In this document: one piece after another, positions 38,306-50,349 of the stretch | How positions within the stretch are numbered: position 1 is the first letter of the stretch | Layout of the letters: every line of letters starts with the position of its first letter | NCBI GenBank assembly: GCA_963843575.1 | Contig: CAWJKZ010000013.1 | Span: 576,001-640,000, forward strand | From: an uncultured Acidobacteriota bacterium | GTDB lineage: Bacteria; Acidobacteriota; UBA6911 | Length of the DNA stretch: 64,000 nt | Reading direction: 5' to 3' | Notes under the pieces: model-generated | Seen by the model: only the letters and a program-made list of their open reading frames with translations | Database searches by the model: none | Told to the model about the DNA's origin: nothing | Program-made: the position numbers and the translations under genes

Positions 38306-39683
38306 CTATATGGCGCTGTAGCGCACACGTGGGAGAAACTCGCCGCTGCCGGGTCGTCCCATCACCTTACCCTCGCGCGCGATTACGCGGCCGCGCTGCA
38401 GCACGAGCCACGGGGTCCCGCGCACCTTGATACCCTCGTAGGCGCAGTAATCGGAGCGCGAAAGCGCAATCGACTTCGACAGGGTCTGTTCCGCCTTCGG
38501 GTCGAAGATCACCATGTCTGCATCGCTCCCGACCACAAGGGTACCCTTGCGCGGGAACAGCCCGAACAATTTCGCGGGGGTCGTGCAGACCAGGTCGACG
38601 AAACGGTTCGGAGTGATCTTGCCTGCGTGCACCCCTGCCGAGCAGATGAGCGCGACCCGCTCCTGGATGCCGGGCAATCCTCGCGGCGCCAGGCTGAAGT
38701 TCTCCGTCCCTACGTCTTTCTGGCCGGCGTAATTGAAGGCGGTGTGGTCGCTGGCGACCACCTGGAGATCGCCGTAGGCCAGCCCGCGCCAGAGGACCTC
38801 GTGATGCCACGCGGGGCGCAGCGGGGGTGTGGCGTAGAGCTTGACGCCGTCCAGCTCGTCGTACCGCTCGCTTCCGAGCGCGACGTACTGCGGGCAGGTT
38901 TCGCCATACACCGCCTGCCCCCGGTCGCGCGCGGACTTGATCTTTTCCAGGGCGTGTGCGGAAGAAACGTTGGTGAAATAGACGGGCACCCTGGCCAGAT
39001 CCGCGAGCGCGATCACACGGCTGGTGGCTTCGGCTTCGGTCTCGGGAGGCCGGACCAGCGTGACCGATTTCGACCGGCACCTTGCCGTCGCCCTGAATGC
39101 GCCGGAGCAGCAGGTCGATGATCTCGCCGTTTTCGGCGTGAACACAGGCCAGCGCCCCGGCGGCGCTCACCCGCTGCAGGAATTCGAATATGCCGGCGTC
39201 GCCGATGCGGCGGTCGCCGACGTCGTCGAGCGAGATCTTGAAGCTGGTGACCCCCGCCTCGACCATCTCGGGAATCTGGCTCAGCACCGTGTCGTTGACT
39301 TCGGAAAGCGCGAGGTGGAAACCGTAGTCGACGACGGCCCGCGGGCCGGCCTTGGCCTTCCATTCGTCCAAGGCTTGAGCGAGCGTCGCGCCGGGGGCCT
39401 GTTGGGCGTAATCCACGACGGTCGTGGTCCCCCCCGCCGCGGCTGCGGCGGAGCCCGTCTCGAAATCGTCGACAGTCGTCATCCCGTCGCACTGGGCGTC
39501 CAGGTGGGTGTGCACATCGACCGCGCCGGGGAGCACCCATTTGTCGGCCGCGTCGATGATCTCGCTGGCGATTTTGGATATTTCACGTCCAATTTCGGAG
39601 ACGACGCCGTTCTTCACGAGGACGTCGGCTTTGTAGATGTCGGTCGCTGTGATGATGGTTCCGTTCTTGATCAGGGTCGTCAT
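38306..39683 (-). CDS. hydA: Dihydropyrimidinase/hydantoinase, frameshift near 39060-39110
   Basis: LIKNGTI, PGAVDVHTH, AAGGTTT, SFK, VHAENG, ETCPQY, SDH and GSDADMVIFDP. Confidence 0.85.
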
Positions 39684-40263
39684 ACCTTCTCCAGCATCCG
39701 TGATGATAGGTCGTTGTGTCGCGTTGCGCGTCGCGGCCGGCCGCATCGGGTCTGCAAAACGGCCCCGTGCCGGTGGGACACCATCCCCACCCTCGGCCAC
39801 AACTGCGCAGACTGTTCACTCAATCTTGTTTTCCCGGCGGGATCAGAACGCGGCACTCGGGGCAGCCTGAAGTCTCTCGCGCGCACCGGGGTACATCGGG
39901 TCCGGCCCCTGAAGCCGGGTGAACAACCGGTCCAGGGGGCTCAACACTTGCCTTCCATCGCCCGTGGCAGCGCCGGCGGCGAGCAGGGTTCTTCCCCAAA
40001 GCCTTCCCTTGCCGACGATGAGCTCCCTTTATTGCGCTGCATGCCGGGTAATTCTCATCCCGGATTCTTTTGCGCGCTTCCCCTAAAACTCCACGCGATT
40101 CGAACCCGCCCTCTCGCTCTCCAGATCTCAGGATTCCCGAATCGGTTCGGATGCCCGCATTATATCAAACAACATTCGCGGGCGTCGTGTGAAGGGGGGG
40201 CTCGGCGGGAGGCGAAACGCGAGCCACGATTGCCGTTGCGCTCCGGGCATCAGGCGTTCAAGA

Positions 40264-41778
40264 ATGACGCCCATGGCCTGGAGGGAATCTCACCCGCACC
40301 ACGACATCGGGGGCCCGCCGGCGGTGTCCGGCTGGGCGCTCGCGGTGATCGCCCTGGCCGTGTACGTGCCGCTGCTGCGCAGCGGCCTTACCGTATTCGA
40401 TCCGAGCGGGCCATTGGCCGTTGCGCCGGGGGCGCCTCTCCCCGTCGTTGCGCTCCGCATTGCCGGTGTTCTTCTGCACGGCTTGAGCGCGGCCCTTGTG
40501 TACCTGGCGGGCCGGACGCTTCTGGGGGAGCCGGCGCCCGCCCTCCTGGCGGCCGTGCTGTTCGCCCTGCATCCGGTCCACGTCGATGCGGTCGCCCGGG
40601 TCGGCGCTCTCACCGAGCTGGCCGGCTCGGCGGGCCTGCTTGCCGGCGTCTGGTTTGCCCTGCGGTTTTTCCGCTCGGCAGGGGGGCGGGCCGCGCTGCT
40701 CGCCGCGGCCGGCCTCGTGTGGAGCGCCCTGTCGGCCGCCCTGGCGCGCGCCCAGTGGCAGGAGTCCACATTCGTCGGCAATCCCTTGCTCGGCGCGCCC
40801 CCCGGCGTCCGGTTCATGACGGCGGTTCAGGTATTCGGCCGGTACCTCAAGCTGATGGTCTGGCCATACCGCCTCTCTCCCGATTATTCCTACAACTCCG
40901 TGCCGGTGGTTTCGCATCCCCTTTCGCCGGCGTTCCTCCTCCCGCTGGCCGTGGTGGCCGCCCTCGCCGCCGCCGCCGTGCTGCGGAGGCACCGCCGGCC
41001 TTTGTACGGGATAGCCGGCGTGTTTTTTCTCGTCTCGGCGTTTCCGTTGTGGCCCATGATCGACCCGCGCGTTCCGCTCATGGCCGAGCGGACGGTCTAC
41101 CTGCCGTCGGCCGCCCTGTGCTGGGCCGCGGCGCAATGGTTCCGGGATGCCGGTTGGCTCGCGCGGCCGGATTGGCACAACGCCCGGTCGGTTAAGTCGC
41201 TCGCCCTGATCGTTATCTGCCTCCTCGTCCCCTGGGCGGCGAAAGTCGTTCCTGCGGGCACGCCAGTGGGCCGATCAGAATGCGCTCCTGGTTGCGGCGG
41301 TACGGACGGTGCCCGACAGCGCGCGGGTGCAGCTGCTGCTCGGCGACGTCTAACCTGCGCGACGGTAATTGGCCGGCGGCGCAGAGGGCATACCGCCGGG
41401 CGCTGGGTATCTACCCGCAATACGCGACCGCGGCAATCCACCTCGCGGCGGCATACCGCGAGGGCGGCCAGTACGCGGACGCGCTGGCCGCACTGCAGAA
41501 GGCCGCGCCAACCGACGCGCGCCTGCAGATGGAGCGCCTGGCGGAACTCGGCCGCGTACACATGGCCCGGAACGACTACGCGGCGGCGGCGGCGGCCTAT
41601 GAAAGCGCCTTGGCGCTGCGACGACTCCGACGCGCGCCTGCACCTCGAGGTCGGTACGCTGTACCTGCAGTTGCTCGGCCAGCCCGAGCGCGGCCGTCTG
41701 CACTTGCGCCGGAGCCTGGAGCTGGATCCCGGCCAGCCGCGCGCCGGCGAAATCCGCGAGGTACTCGGCCGCCGGTGA
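40264..41778 (+). CDS. TMTC-like membrane protein (GT-C/DUF1736-like region plus TPRs), frameshifted and apparently shortened
   Basis: LFALHPVHVDAV, YLKLMVWPYRLSPDYS and AERTVYLPS; TPRs in a shifted frame. Confidence 0.65.
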   Translation: MTPMAWRESHPHHDIGGPPAVSGWALAVIALAVYVPLLRSGLTVFDPSGPLAVAPGAPLPVVALRIAGVLLHGLSAALVYLAGRTLLGEPAPALLAAVLFALHPVHVDAVARVGALTELAGSAGLLAGVWFALRFFRSAGGRAALLAAAGLVWSALSAALARAQWQESTFVGNPLLGAPPGVRFMTAVQVFGRYLKLMVWPYRLSPDYSYNSVPVVSHPLSPAFLLPLAVVAALAAAAVLRRHRRPLYGIAGVFFLVSAFPLWPMIDPRVPLMAERTVYLPSAALCWAAAQWFRDAGWLARPDWHNARSVKSLALIVICLLVPWAAKVVPAGTPVGRSECAPGCGGTDGARQRAGAAAARRRLTCATVIGRRRRGHTAGRWVSTRNTRPRQSTSRRHTARAASTRTRWPHCRRPRQPTRACRWSAWRNSAAYTWPGTTTRRRRRPMKAPWRCDDSDARLHLEVGTLYLQLLGQPERGRLHLRRSLELDPGQPRAGEIREVLGRR

Positions 41779-41869
41779 AGCGGCCGTATCGGCGGGCGCG
41801 ACCTCCCGGCTTGCGCGCGGCCTCCGACCGCTGTACATTGGCCCAGGACTGCCAGCGAGGACGACAACC

Positions 41870-43237
41870 ATGACGACACGATTGAACCGAAGAAGCTTTA
41901 TCCGCAGCACGGCGGCCGGAGCCGCCACGGCCGCCGCCGTGGCGAGCGCGGCATCCTATGGCCGGATTCTCGGCGCCAACGACAGGATCAACATCGGGTT
42001 TCTCGGTTGCGGCGGCCGCGGATCGGGCCACCGCCGCATGGTCGGGATGTCGGCCACGGACAAGAACCTCGGCGTCGTGGCCGTGTGCGACCTGTGGTCG
42101 GTCAACCGCGCCAAGGCGGCCGCCGACTGCAAGAAGACGGTTCAACGCGGATGTCAAGCAGTTCAAGTATTCGGAAGAGATGCTGAGGCTGCCGGAGCTG
42201 GACGCGGTCATGATCGCGACCGGCGACCACCAGCACGGCCGGCTCCTCGCCGAGGTCGTCGCCGCGGGCAAGGACTGCTATGTCGAAAAGCCGATGGCCA
42301 TCGACGTCGATGAGGCCAAACTCGCCCGGTCCGCGGTCCTGCAGTCCAAACAGGTCGTGCAGAACGGCGTTCAGTGGCTGAGCGACCCTTACCAGATCAA
42401 GGTGCGCGAACTGATCCGGGCGGGAAAGCTGGGACACATCACCAAGATCGAACAGGTCTGGGGCGACAACAACCACCGCTGGCACGACCCCAAGGACCCG
42501 GACGTGGCCGCGATACGCGAGGAGGACACCGACTGGACGCGCTGGCTGCTGGGAAAACCCTACCGGCCGTTCAACCCGTGGATGTATTTCGAATTCCGAA
42601 TCTTCCGCGATTTCTCCGGCGGCATCACCAGCCAGTGGCTGAGCCACGGCATCGACCTCGTTCACTTCTACACCGACACGTCGATCCCGGATTCCATGGT
42701 GGCCAGCGGCGGCATCTTCCACTGGCACGACATCCGGCAAAACCCGGACACCTTCCAGGCGCTGGCGGTCTACGAGGATCCGCAGTTCCTGTACTCCTAC
42801 TCGTCGACCTACGCGAACCGCTTCGGCGACTACACCTGCATCCGGGGGAGCGAAGCCACGCTCTATGCCGAGGGGGGCGAAGGGAGCCCGAGGTGGTTCC
42901 TGATCCCTGAGCAGAACAACCAGTCCGTGGACGTGTACGGCGGCTTCGAGAGCCTGGTCCGCAAAGGGCGCGCACAGCTCGTCAAGCTCGACGAGGCGGA
43001 CGAAAAGCTGCCGCCGACGTCGCTGAGCGACGACAGCAAGTTCCACCTCGACAACTGGATCGACTGCATGAGGGCGCGCAACGCCGACACCACGGCAACG
43101 TCCACCGCGGCTTCTGGCATGCCGTCGGGGCGGCGATGGCCACCCAGGCCTACAGGCAGGGGAGGACGCTCTACTGGGACCGCCAGAACGAGCGGATCGT
43201 CGACCACCCGCAGGGTGCGGCGGCCCAAAGCATTTGA
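41870..43237 (+). CDS. Tat-exported Gfo/Idh/MocA oxidoreductase with two frameshifts
   Basis: NRRSFI Tat motif, GANDRINIGFLGCGGRG, ATGDHQH, YVEKPM and NWIDCMR. Confidence 0.88.
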
Positions 43238-43274
43238 CAAGCGCCGCCCCCTCTCTGCAATGTACGTCCTGCAG

Positions 43275-44039
43275 ATGGGACATCACATCATCGAGATCCG
43301 GGGGTTGAAGAAGTCCTTTCAGGGCCACGCCGTGCTGCGCGGGATCCAGTTGGCGGTCGAAGGCAGCCAGCTGACCGTGTTGATCGGCCCGTCGGGATGC
43401 GGCAAGTCGACGCTCCTGCGCTGTTTGAACGGCCTCGAGGATTTCGACGAAGGGAGCATCTCGGTCAACGGCCTGGCCCTGCGGCGCGAGCCGGGGCTGG
43501 CACTCCACAGCCGCGAGCAGCACCGGGTGACACACGCGCTGCGGGGCATGACGGGGATGGTCTTCCAGTCCTTCAACCTGTTTCCCCACATGACCGCACT
43601 GGACAACGTCGCGCGACCCCCCGCCATCGTGCGCGGCGTTTCCGTCTCCGAGGCGCGGGACGAGGCTTTCCGCCTGCTCGAGAAGGTCGGCCTGAAGGAC
43701 AAGGCGGCGCTGTACCCGGCCCAGCTTTCGGGGGGACAGCAGCAGCGCGCGGCGATAGCCCGCGCCCTGGCCATGAAGCCGAAGGTGCTGCTGTACGACG
43801 AGCCCACCTCGGCGCTCGACCCCGGCCTGGTCGACGAGGTGCTCGAGGTCATGAAGGAGCTCGACGGCGAGGGGATTACGCAGTTGGTGGTCACTCACGA
43901 GATGCGCTTCGCCCGCGACGTCGCGGAGAGGATCGTCTTCATGTCGGAGGGGGAGGTCGTTGAAGAGGGCGAACCCGGGCAGATGTTCACCGAGCCGCGC
44001 GACCCGCGCACACGCCAGTTCCTGCGCCGCTACCTGTGA
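43275..44039 (+). CDS. Polar amino-acid ABC transporter ATPase (GlnQ-like)
   Basis: [35 protein letters not shown] and VTHEM. Confidence 0.95.
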   Translation: MGHHIIEIRGLKKSFQGHAVLRGIQLAVEGSQLTVLIGPSGCGKSTLLRCLNGLEDFDEGSISVNGLALRREPGLALHSREQHRVTHALRGMTGMVFQSFNLFPHMTALDNVARPPAIVRGVSVSEARDEAFRLLEKVGLKDKAALYPAQLSGGQQQRAAIARALAMKPKVLLYDEPTSALDPGLVDEVLEVMKELDGEGITQLVVTHEMRFARDVAERIVFMSEGEVVEEGEPGQMFTEPRDPRTRQFLRRYL

Positions 44040-45619
44040 CGCGCGAGGGCGGGCGCCCGCGCGCAGGCCGTGGGCCGGGGGCGGTACTCGCATTCCTGCT
44101 GCTGTTCGGGCTGGGCTGCGACGCGGTCGCACGCGGTCAGGCAGACCCGGGGCGGCGAGCTGAGATGGGGAGGCGACGCCGAAGGGGGCGCCCCCTACGA
44201 ATTCCAGGACCCGGAGCATCCGGAAAGGATGATCGGCTTCGAGGTCGACATCGTGGAAGCCATCGGCCGGTCCCTGGCGCGGCCCGACGCGCTTCGTCCA
44301 GAACCAGTGGGACGGCCTGGTGCCCGGCCTGCAGCGCGGCAATTACGACCTCGTGGTCTCGGGCCTGGAGATCACGCCGGACCGCGCGCAGGTCATCAGC
44401 TTCAGCCGCCCCTATTACACTCACCTTCGAGCAGCTCGCCGTGCGCTCGGACGACGCCGCGATCCGCTCCCTGGACGACTGCCGCGGCAAGAGGTGGGGA
44501 CCCTGAAGGGAAGCCTGGCCCAGCGGATCCTGGAGGCGCGCGGCTCCCTGGACTGTGTCAGCTACGACGGCCAGGTCAACGCGTACGAGGATCTGGCCAA
44601 CGGCCGCCTCGACGCCGTGTTGATGGATCACATCATCGCGCTGTACAACGTCGTCCCGGCCCCGGGCCTGAAGATGGTCGGGCCTGCCGGTGGGGCGGCT
44701 CGAATACGGGATCGGGGTGCGCAAGGACGACCCGGAGCTGCTGGCGGACATCAACCGGGCGCTCGGCCGGATCATCGCTTCCGGAGAGCTGCGGCGCATC
44801 CTGGACAACTGGAACCTGTGGACGCCCGTCTGCGCCGACGCCTTTGCCGACCGCAGCCCGTCGGCGGCGCGGCCCGACGCCTACCATGCCTACCTCGCCG
44901 GCAGGACCCAGCACCGCACGGCGCGGGAGCGCGCAATGCAGTACCTCCGGTACCTCCCGCTGCTCGGACGCGGCGCCCTCGTCACACTGGAGCTCTCGAT
45001 CCTCGCCATGATCCTGGCGGTCTCGCTCGGCCTCTTCCTGGCCCTGATCCGGCTCTACGGACCCCGCCTGGCCCGATTCGCCGCCGGGGCGTACGTGGAG
45101 TCGGTGCGCGGCACGCCGCTGCTGATCCAGCTGTTCCTGATCTTCTACGGCCTGCCGCACGTCGGCATCCGGTTCTCACCCATGCTCGCCGCCGTTCTCG
45201 GCCTCGGCCTCAATTACAGCGCCTACGAGGCCGAGAACTACCGCGCCGGGATCGAGTCGATCCCGCGCACCCAGATGGAGGCGGCCCTCGCCCTCGGGAT
45301 GACGCGCTGGCAGGCGCTCCGCCACGTGATCGTCCCGCAGGCTATGCGGCTCGTGATCCCGCCGGTGACCAACGATTTCATCGCCCTGCTCAAGGACTCG
45401 TCCCTCGTATCGGTCATCACGATGGTCGAGCTGACCAAGGCTTACAGCCAGCTGGCCAGCATCCATTACGACTACCTGGGCATCGGGCTGCTCGCGGCGG
45501 CCATGTACTTCCTCATCGGCCTCCCCTTCGTGCGGCTGGCGCGGCTGGCGGAGCGCCGTTTCAGCCCGGAGCACCGCGCGGGGACCGTCGGCGCCAAACA
45601 GCGCCAGGCCGCCGCGTGA
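44036..45619 (+). CDS. Fused amino-acid substrate-binding protein/permease, multiple frameshifts
   Basis: [45 protein letters not shown] and LLKDSSL. Confidence 0.85.
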
Positions 45620-45737
45620 ACAGACCTGCTTTGACGTCCCACCTCTCCAGGGTCTCGATTTTGCGCAGGCTCCGGGCCGGCCCGGCTTGCCCGGGGAAAC
45701 CGCGTTGTACTACCATGGGTCAAACCGGGGAAATCCG

Positions 45738-47415
45738 ATGATCGAACCATTCCCGCACCACGGAATCCAGGCGCCGCGCGGCACCCGGCTGCACTGCAAA
45801 GGATGGCACCAGGAAGCCGCCCTCCGCATGCTGATGAACAACCTCGACCCCGACGTGGCCGAACGGCCCGACGAGTTGATCATCTACGGCGGCAGCGGAA
45901 AGGCCGCGCGCAACTGGGAGTGCTACGACGCCATCGTGCGGTCGCTCCTGGAGCTGGAAAACGACGAGACCCTGCTGGTCCAGTCGGGCAAACCCGTGGG
46001 CGTGTTCCGCACGCACGAGTATTCGCCGCGCGTCCTGATCGCCAACTCCAACCTCGTCGGGAACTGGTCCAACTGGGACGAGTTCAGGAGGCTCGAGGCG
46101 CTCGGCCTGATGATGTACGGGCAGATGACGGCGGGGAGCTGGATCTACATCGGCAGCCAGGGAATCATCCAGGGGACGTACGAGACCTTCTCCGCCCTGG
46201 CGCGCCGGCACTTCGGCGGCGACCTGCGCGGCCGGATCCTGGTCTCGGGCGGACTCGGCGGCATGGGCGGTGCGCAGCCCCTGGCGGCGACCATGGCCGG
46301 CGCGGCTTTCCTCGGAATCGAGGTGGATCCGCAGAGGATCGAAAAGCGCCTCAGGACCGGATACTGCGATCGGATGTCGCACGACCTCGACGAGGCGCTC
46401 GCGATGGTCGAGGAGGCGGCGCGCCGGCGCGAGGCGCTTTCCGTCGGGCTCGTCGGCAACTGCGCCGAGGTGCTCCCGGAATTGGTGCGCCGGGGCTTCA
46501 CACCGGACGTCCTGACCGACCAGACCAGCGCCCACGACCCGCTCAACGGGTACATCCCGGCCGGACTGTCGCTGGCCGACGCGGCCGCACTGCGCGGAGG
46601 AGATCCAGCGGAATACCAGCGCCGGAGCATGGACTCGATCGCCGCCCACGTCCGGGCGATGCTCGAGATGCAGGCCCGCGGGGCGGTGACCTTCGACTAC
46701 GGCAACAACATCCGCGGCCAGGCGCTCAAGGCCGGCGTGTCGAACGCCCTCGACTTCCCCGGTTTCGTCCCCGCGTACATCCGGCCGCTGTTCTGCGAGG
46801 GGCGCGGCCCGTTCCGCTGGGCGGCGCTCTCGGGCGACCCGGCCGACATCGCCATCACCGACGACCTGGTGCTCGAAATGTTTCCGCACGACGAGACGCT
46901 GTCCCGCTGGATCCGGCTGGCACGCGAACGGATCCGGTTCCAGGGGCTGCCCGCGCGCATCTGCTGGCTCGGCTACGGCGAGCGGGCCGCATTCGGACTG
47001 CGGATCAACGAGCTGGTCCGGCGCGGCGAGACTCAAGGCCCCGATCGTCATGGGCCGCGACCACCTGGACTGCGGCTCCGTCGCCTCGCCCTACCGCGAG
47101 ACCGAGAACATGAAAGACACCTCCGACGCCGTGGCGGACTGGCCCATCCTCAACGCCCTGCTCAACACCGCGGGCGGAGCCTCGTGGGTGTCGTTCCACA
47201 ACGGCGGGGGGGTCGGGATCGGCTATTCGCTGCACGCCGGGCAGGTCACGGTCGCGGACGGCACCACCGGGATGGACGCGCGGATCGAGCGGGTGCTGAC
47301 CAACGACCCCGGCATCGGCGTCGCACGCCACGCCGATGCCGGCTACGAGGAAGCCGTCGCCTGCGCCAAACGGAAGGGGATCCGCATCCCTGCGCTGCTG
47401 CCCGATGCCGGATGA
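45738..47415 (+). CDS. hutU: Urocanate hydratase, frameshift near 47035
   Basis: [40 protein letters not shown] and [18 protein letters not shown]. Confidence 0.96.
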
Positions 47416-47461
47416 ACCGTGCCGTTTTTCGGTTCCTCGCCCGGTGGCGGCGCGCCGCCGC

Positions 47462-47764
47462 TTACTGGACGGTGGTGGCGTCGGAGGGTCTGCCCGACTG
47501 CTTGTCGCGCTGCGCCTGCAGGGCCTGAATCAGCCCGTCGACGATCTGGTTGGGTATGACGAGGACGACCTTGACCGGCGCGGGGAGCGTGGAGGTCTTC
47601 TGCATGCGCAGCGCCTCCTCCTCGCTCTGCGGCCCGATGACGTCGCAGAACGTCAGCGTGCAGTCGACCGGCGAGACGCTGACCTGGACGTAGTTGGCGT
47701 AAACCCTAGGTGACGTCAGACTGTGGTCCGCCACAATCTGCACCGGTCTCTCTTCTGCGGCCAT
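47462..47764 (-). CDS. DUF3467-like small protein
   Basis: [19 protein letters not shown]...VVLVIP...LIQAL; RBS AGAGGAG. Confidence 0.7.
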   Translation of the reverse strand: MAAEERPVQIVADHSLTSPRVYANYVQVSVSPVDCTLTFCDVIGPQSEEEALRMQKTSTLPAPVKVVLVIPNQIVDGLIQALQAQRDKQSGRPSDATTVQ

Positions 47765-47819
47765 CGAATTCTCCTCTGTTCTGAAGTGCGGCGTCCCGCG
47801 GCCCGTCGCCCTGGTGGCG

Positions 47820-48170
47820 TCATCCCGGAGGCCAGCGCATGAGGCGGCCGCCGAGGACATGGACGTGGAGATGAAAGACGCTCTGGCCGGCCTCCGCGTT
47901 CGTGTTGATCACGGTGCGGTACCCGGAACCGTCGATCCCGTTTTCGCGCGCGAGGCGGGCCGCGACCGCGAGCAGGTGCCCGAACAGCGGCTCGTCGTCC
48001 GGCGTGACTTCGTTCAGCGAGGCGATGTGCCGGCGGGGGATCACCAGGAGGTGCACCGGCGCCTTGGGATGGATGTCCTGGAATGCGACGCACCGGTCGT
48101 CTTCGTACACGACCTTCCCGGGCCGTTCACGGCCGGCAATCTGGCAGAACAGGCAACCGGACAGCGCCAT
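47820..48170 (-). CDS. HIT (Hint) nucleotide-binding protein
   Basis: [13 protein letters not shown] and [15 protein letters not shown]. Confidence 0.95.
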   Translation of the reverse strand: MALSGCLFCQIAGRERPGKVVYEDDRCVAFQDIHPKAPVHLLVIPRRHIASLNEVTPDDEPLFGHLLAVAARLARENGIDGSGYRTVINTNAEAGQSVFHLHVHVLGGRLMRWPPG

Positions 48171-48192
48171 CGTCCCCTCCGGGTTTCACTGC

Positions 48193-49447
48193 CTACTGCA
48201 GCCGCTCGATCTCGGCGCCGAGCGCCGCCAGTTTTTCCTCGATGCGGTAGTAGCCGCGGTCCAGATGGTACACCCGATCGATGAGGGTCTCGCCCGTGGC
48301 TACGAGCCCGGCAAGCACGAGCGAGGCACTGGCCCTCAGGTCGGAGGCCAGGACCGAGGCGCCGGTGAGAGGGTGGCCGCCGCGCACCACGGCGCGCCTG
48401 CCGTCGATGGTGATGTCGGCGCCCATTCGGATCATCTCCTGCGCGTGCATGAATCGGTTCTCGAAGATGTTCTCGGTGATGACGGCTGTGCCGTTGCCCT
48501 GCGTCATGAGCGCCATGTATTGGGCCTGCATGTCGGTCGGGAATCCGGGGTAGGGGTGCGTGATGATGTCCCGCGACTGGATCGGATCGCGGCCGAGGAC
48601 GCGCATGCAGTCGTGATCGATCTGGATTTCGGCGCCGGTCCTGGACAGCTGCGTGAGCACCGAGATCAGGTGGTCCGGCCGGCAACGGGTGATGGAGACG
48701 TCCCCGCGGGTGGCGGCAGCGGCGACGGCGAAGGTCCCGGCTTCGATGCGATCGGGGATCACGCGGTGCCGGCAGCCGTGCAGTTCCTTGACCCCGCGCA
48801 CCCTGACGGTGCGGGTGCCGTCCCCTTCGATGCTGGCGCCCATGTCGCGCAGCAGGTCGGCGAGGTCCTGCACCTCGGGCTCCGAGGCGGCGTTGTCCAG
48901 CACGGTCTCGCCGTCGGCCAGACAGGCCGCCATCATCAGGTTTTCCGTCCCGGTGACCGTGACGTTTTCCATGAGGATGTGGGCCCCCTTCAGGCCGTCG
49001 GTCGTGGCTTCGATGTAGCCGTGCACGACGTTGCACTTCGCCCCCATCTTCTCCAGGCCGGCCAGGTGAAGGTTGACGGGGCGCGCCCCGATGGCGCAGC
49101 CCCCGGGGAGCGAGACGCGGGCCTGACCGAAGCGTGCCAGCAGCGGACCGAGCACCAGGATCGAGGCACGCATCGTCTTGACCAGCTCGTAGGGCGCTTC
49201 GCACGACGACACCCGGCCCCCGTGCAGCGAGGCCGTCCCGTCCTCCCGCACCTCGGCAGCCACTCCCATCTCCGCCAGGAGCCGTCCGTGTCGTCAGGAT
49301 GTCCCGGACGTACGGGATGTTGTCCAGCTCGAGGGTGCCGGCCGTGAGGAGCGACGCCACGAGGTCCGGCAGGGCGGCGTTCTTGGCGCCGCTGATCGCC
49401 ACCGTGCCCGAAAGGGCCTTACCGCCGACCACCCGTATCTTGTCCAT
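48193..49447 (-). CDS. murA: UDP-GlcNAc 1-carboxyvinyltransferase, frameshift near 49280
   Basis: [30 protein letters not shown] and DLRA. Confidence 0.96.
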
Positions 49448-50327
49448 GTTGTCTCCGTGCGACAATGCATCGCGGAATGGCCTGCAGATCGTTCACGACC
49501 TCCTCGACCGAGAACGCCGCACCTTGCAGCAACCGGGAAACGGCCCCGAGCATCCCGGCCCCGATTTCGAGCACCAGACTCCCGCCGGGCTTCAGCCGAG
49601 GCGCCGCCTGGGGGACAAGCCGCTCGTAGACCTCCAGGCCCGTCTCCCCGCCGAACAGGGCGACGTGCGGCTCCTGGTCGCGCACCATCCTCGGCAGGTT
49701 TTCCGCGTCGCGCCGCGCAACATACGGCGGGTTGCTGAGCACGAGGTCGAACACCGGCCGGGTCGGAAAGCTCTCCAGGAGATCCGCGCGCGCGAAGGCC
49801 ACGCGCTCGGCCACGCCGTGCCGCGCGGCGTTTCGGCGCGCGAAGGCCAGCGCAGCGGACGAGATGTCGACGGCCCAGCCGCGTGCGGCCGGCAACGCGT
49901 GCGCGACACAGACCGCGATGCAGCCCGAACCCGTCCCCACGTCCGCGAAAACGACCGGGCCGGGAGCCACACTATGGGCCAGTTGCGTTGCTTTTTCTAC
50001 CAGGATTTCCGTCTCGGGGCGGGGGATCAGCACGGCCGGGCCGACCTCGAAAGCGAGGCCGTAGAATTCCTGGCTGCCGGTGAGGTGTTGCAGGGGGACA
50101 CAACCGCAGCAGTGCCCCACGAGCTCGGCGACCGCATCCGCCGTCCGCGCGTCCACGGGGACCTCGCCGTGGCTCAGGACCCGCACGCGGTCCCAGCCCA
50201 GCACGTGCGCGACCAGGAGTTCCGCCGTCAGCCGGGGCGACTCGACCCCCGCCTCGCGCAAGGCGTGCACCGCGCGCTTCAGCACGGACCCGACCGTGGA
50301 CGGGACTTGCGGTGGCTGGATGGCCAT
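49419..50327 (-). CDS. prmC: Release factor glutamine methyltransferase
   Basis: [15 protein letters not shown] and SNPPY. Confidence 0.95.
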   Translation of the reverse strand: MAIQPPQVPSTVGSVLKRAVHALREAGVESPRLTAELLVAHVLGWDRVRVLSHGEVPVDARTADAVAELVGHCCGCVPLQHLTGSQEFYGLAFEVGPAVLIPRPETEILVEKATQLAHSVAPGPVVFADVGTGSGCIAVCVAHALPAARGWAVDISSAALAFARRNAARHGVAERVAFARADLLESFPTRPVFDLVLSNPPYVARRDAENLPRMVRDQEPHVALFGGETGLEVYERLVPQAAPRLKPGGSLVLEIGAGMLGAVSRLLQGAAFSVEEVVNDLQAIPRCIVARRQHGQDTGGRR

Positions 50328-50349
50328 GTCCGTCCCGTGCCTCGTCCCG

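Noticed and set aside
39930-39975. Cobalamin-riboswitch-like GCCAC..GGAAGG..GAGCC on the minus strand
   Set aside because: The core GGGAA..GGTG..AA.TCC and the AGACC box are absent; the downstream gene is unrelated to B12
41958-44039. Apparent 693-aa oxidoreductase-ABC ATPase fusion
   Set aside because: Frameshift artefact: the oxidoreductase C-terminus ends at TGA 43237 in another frame
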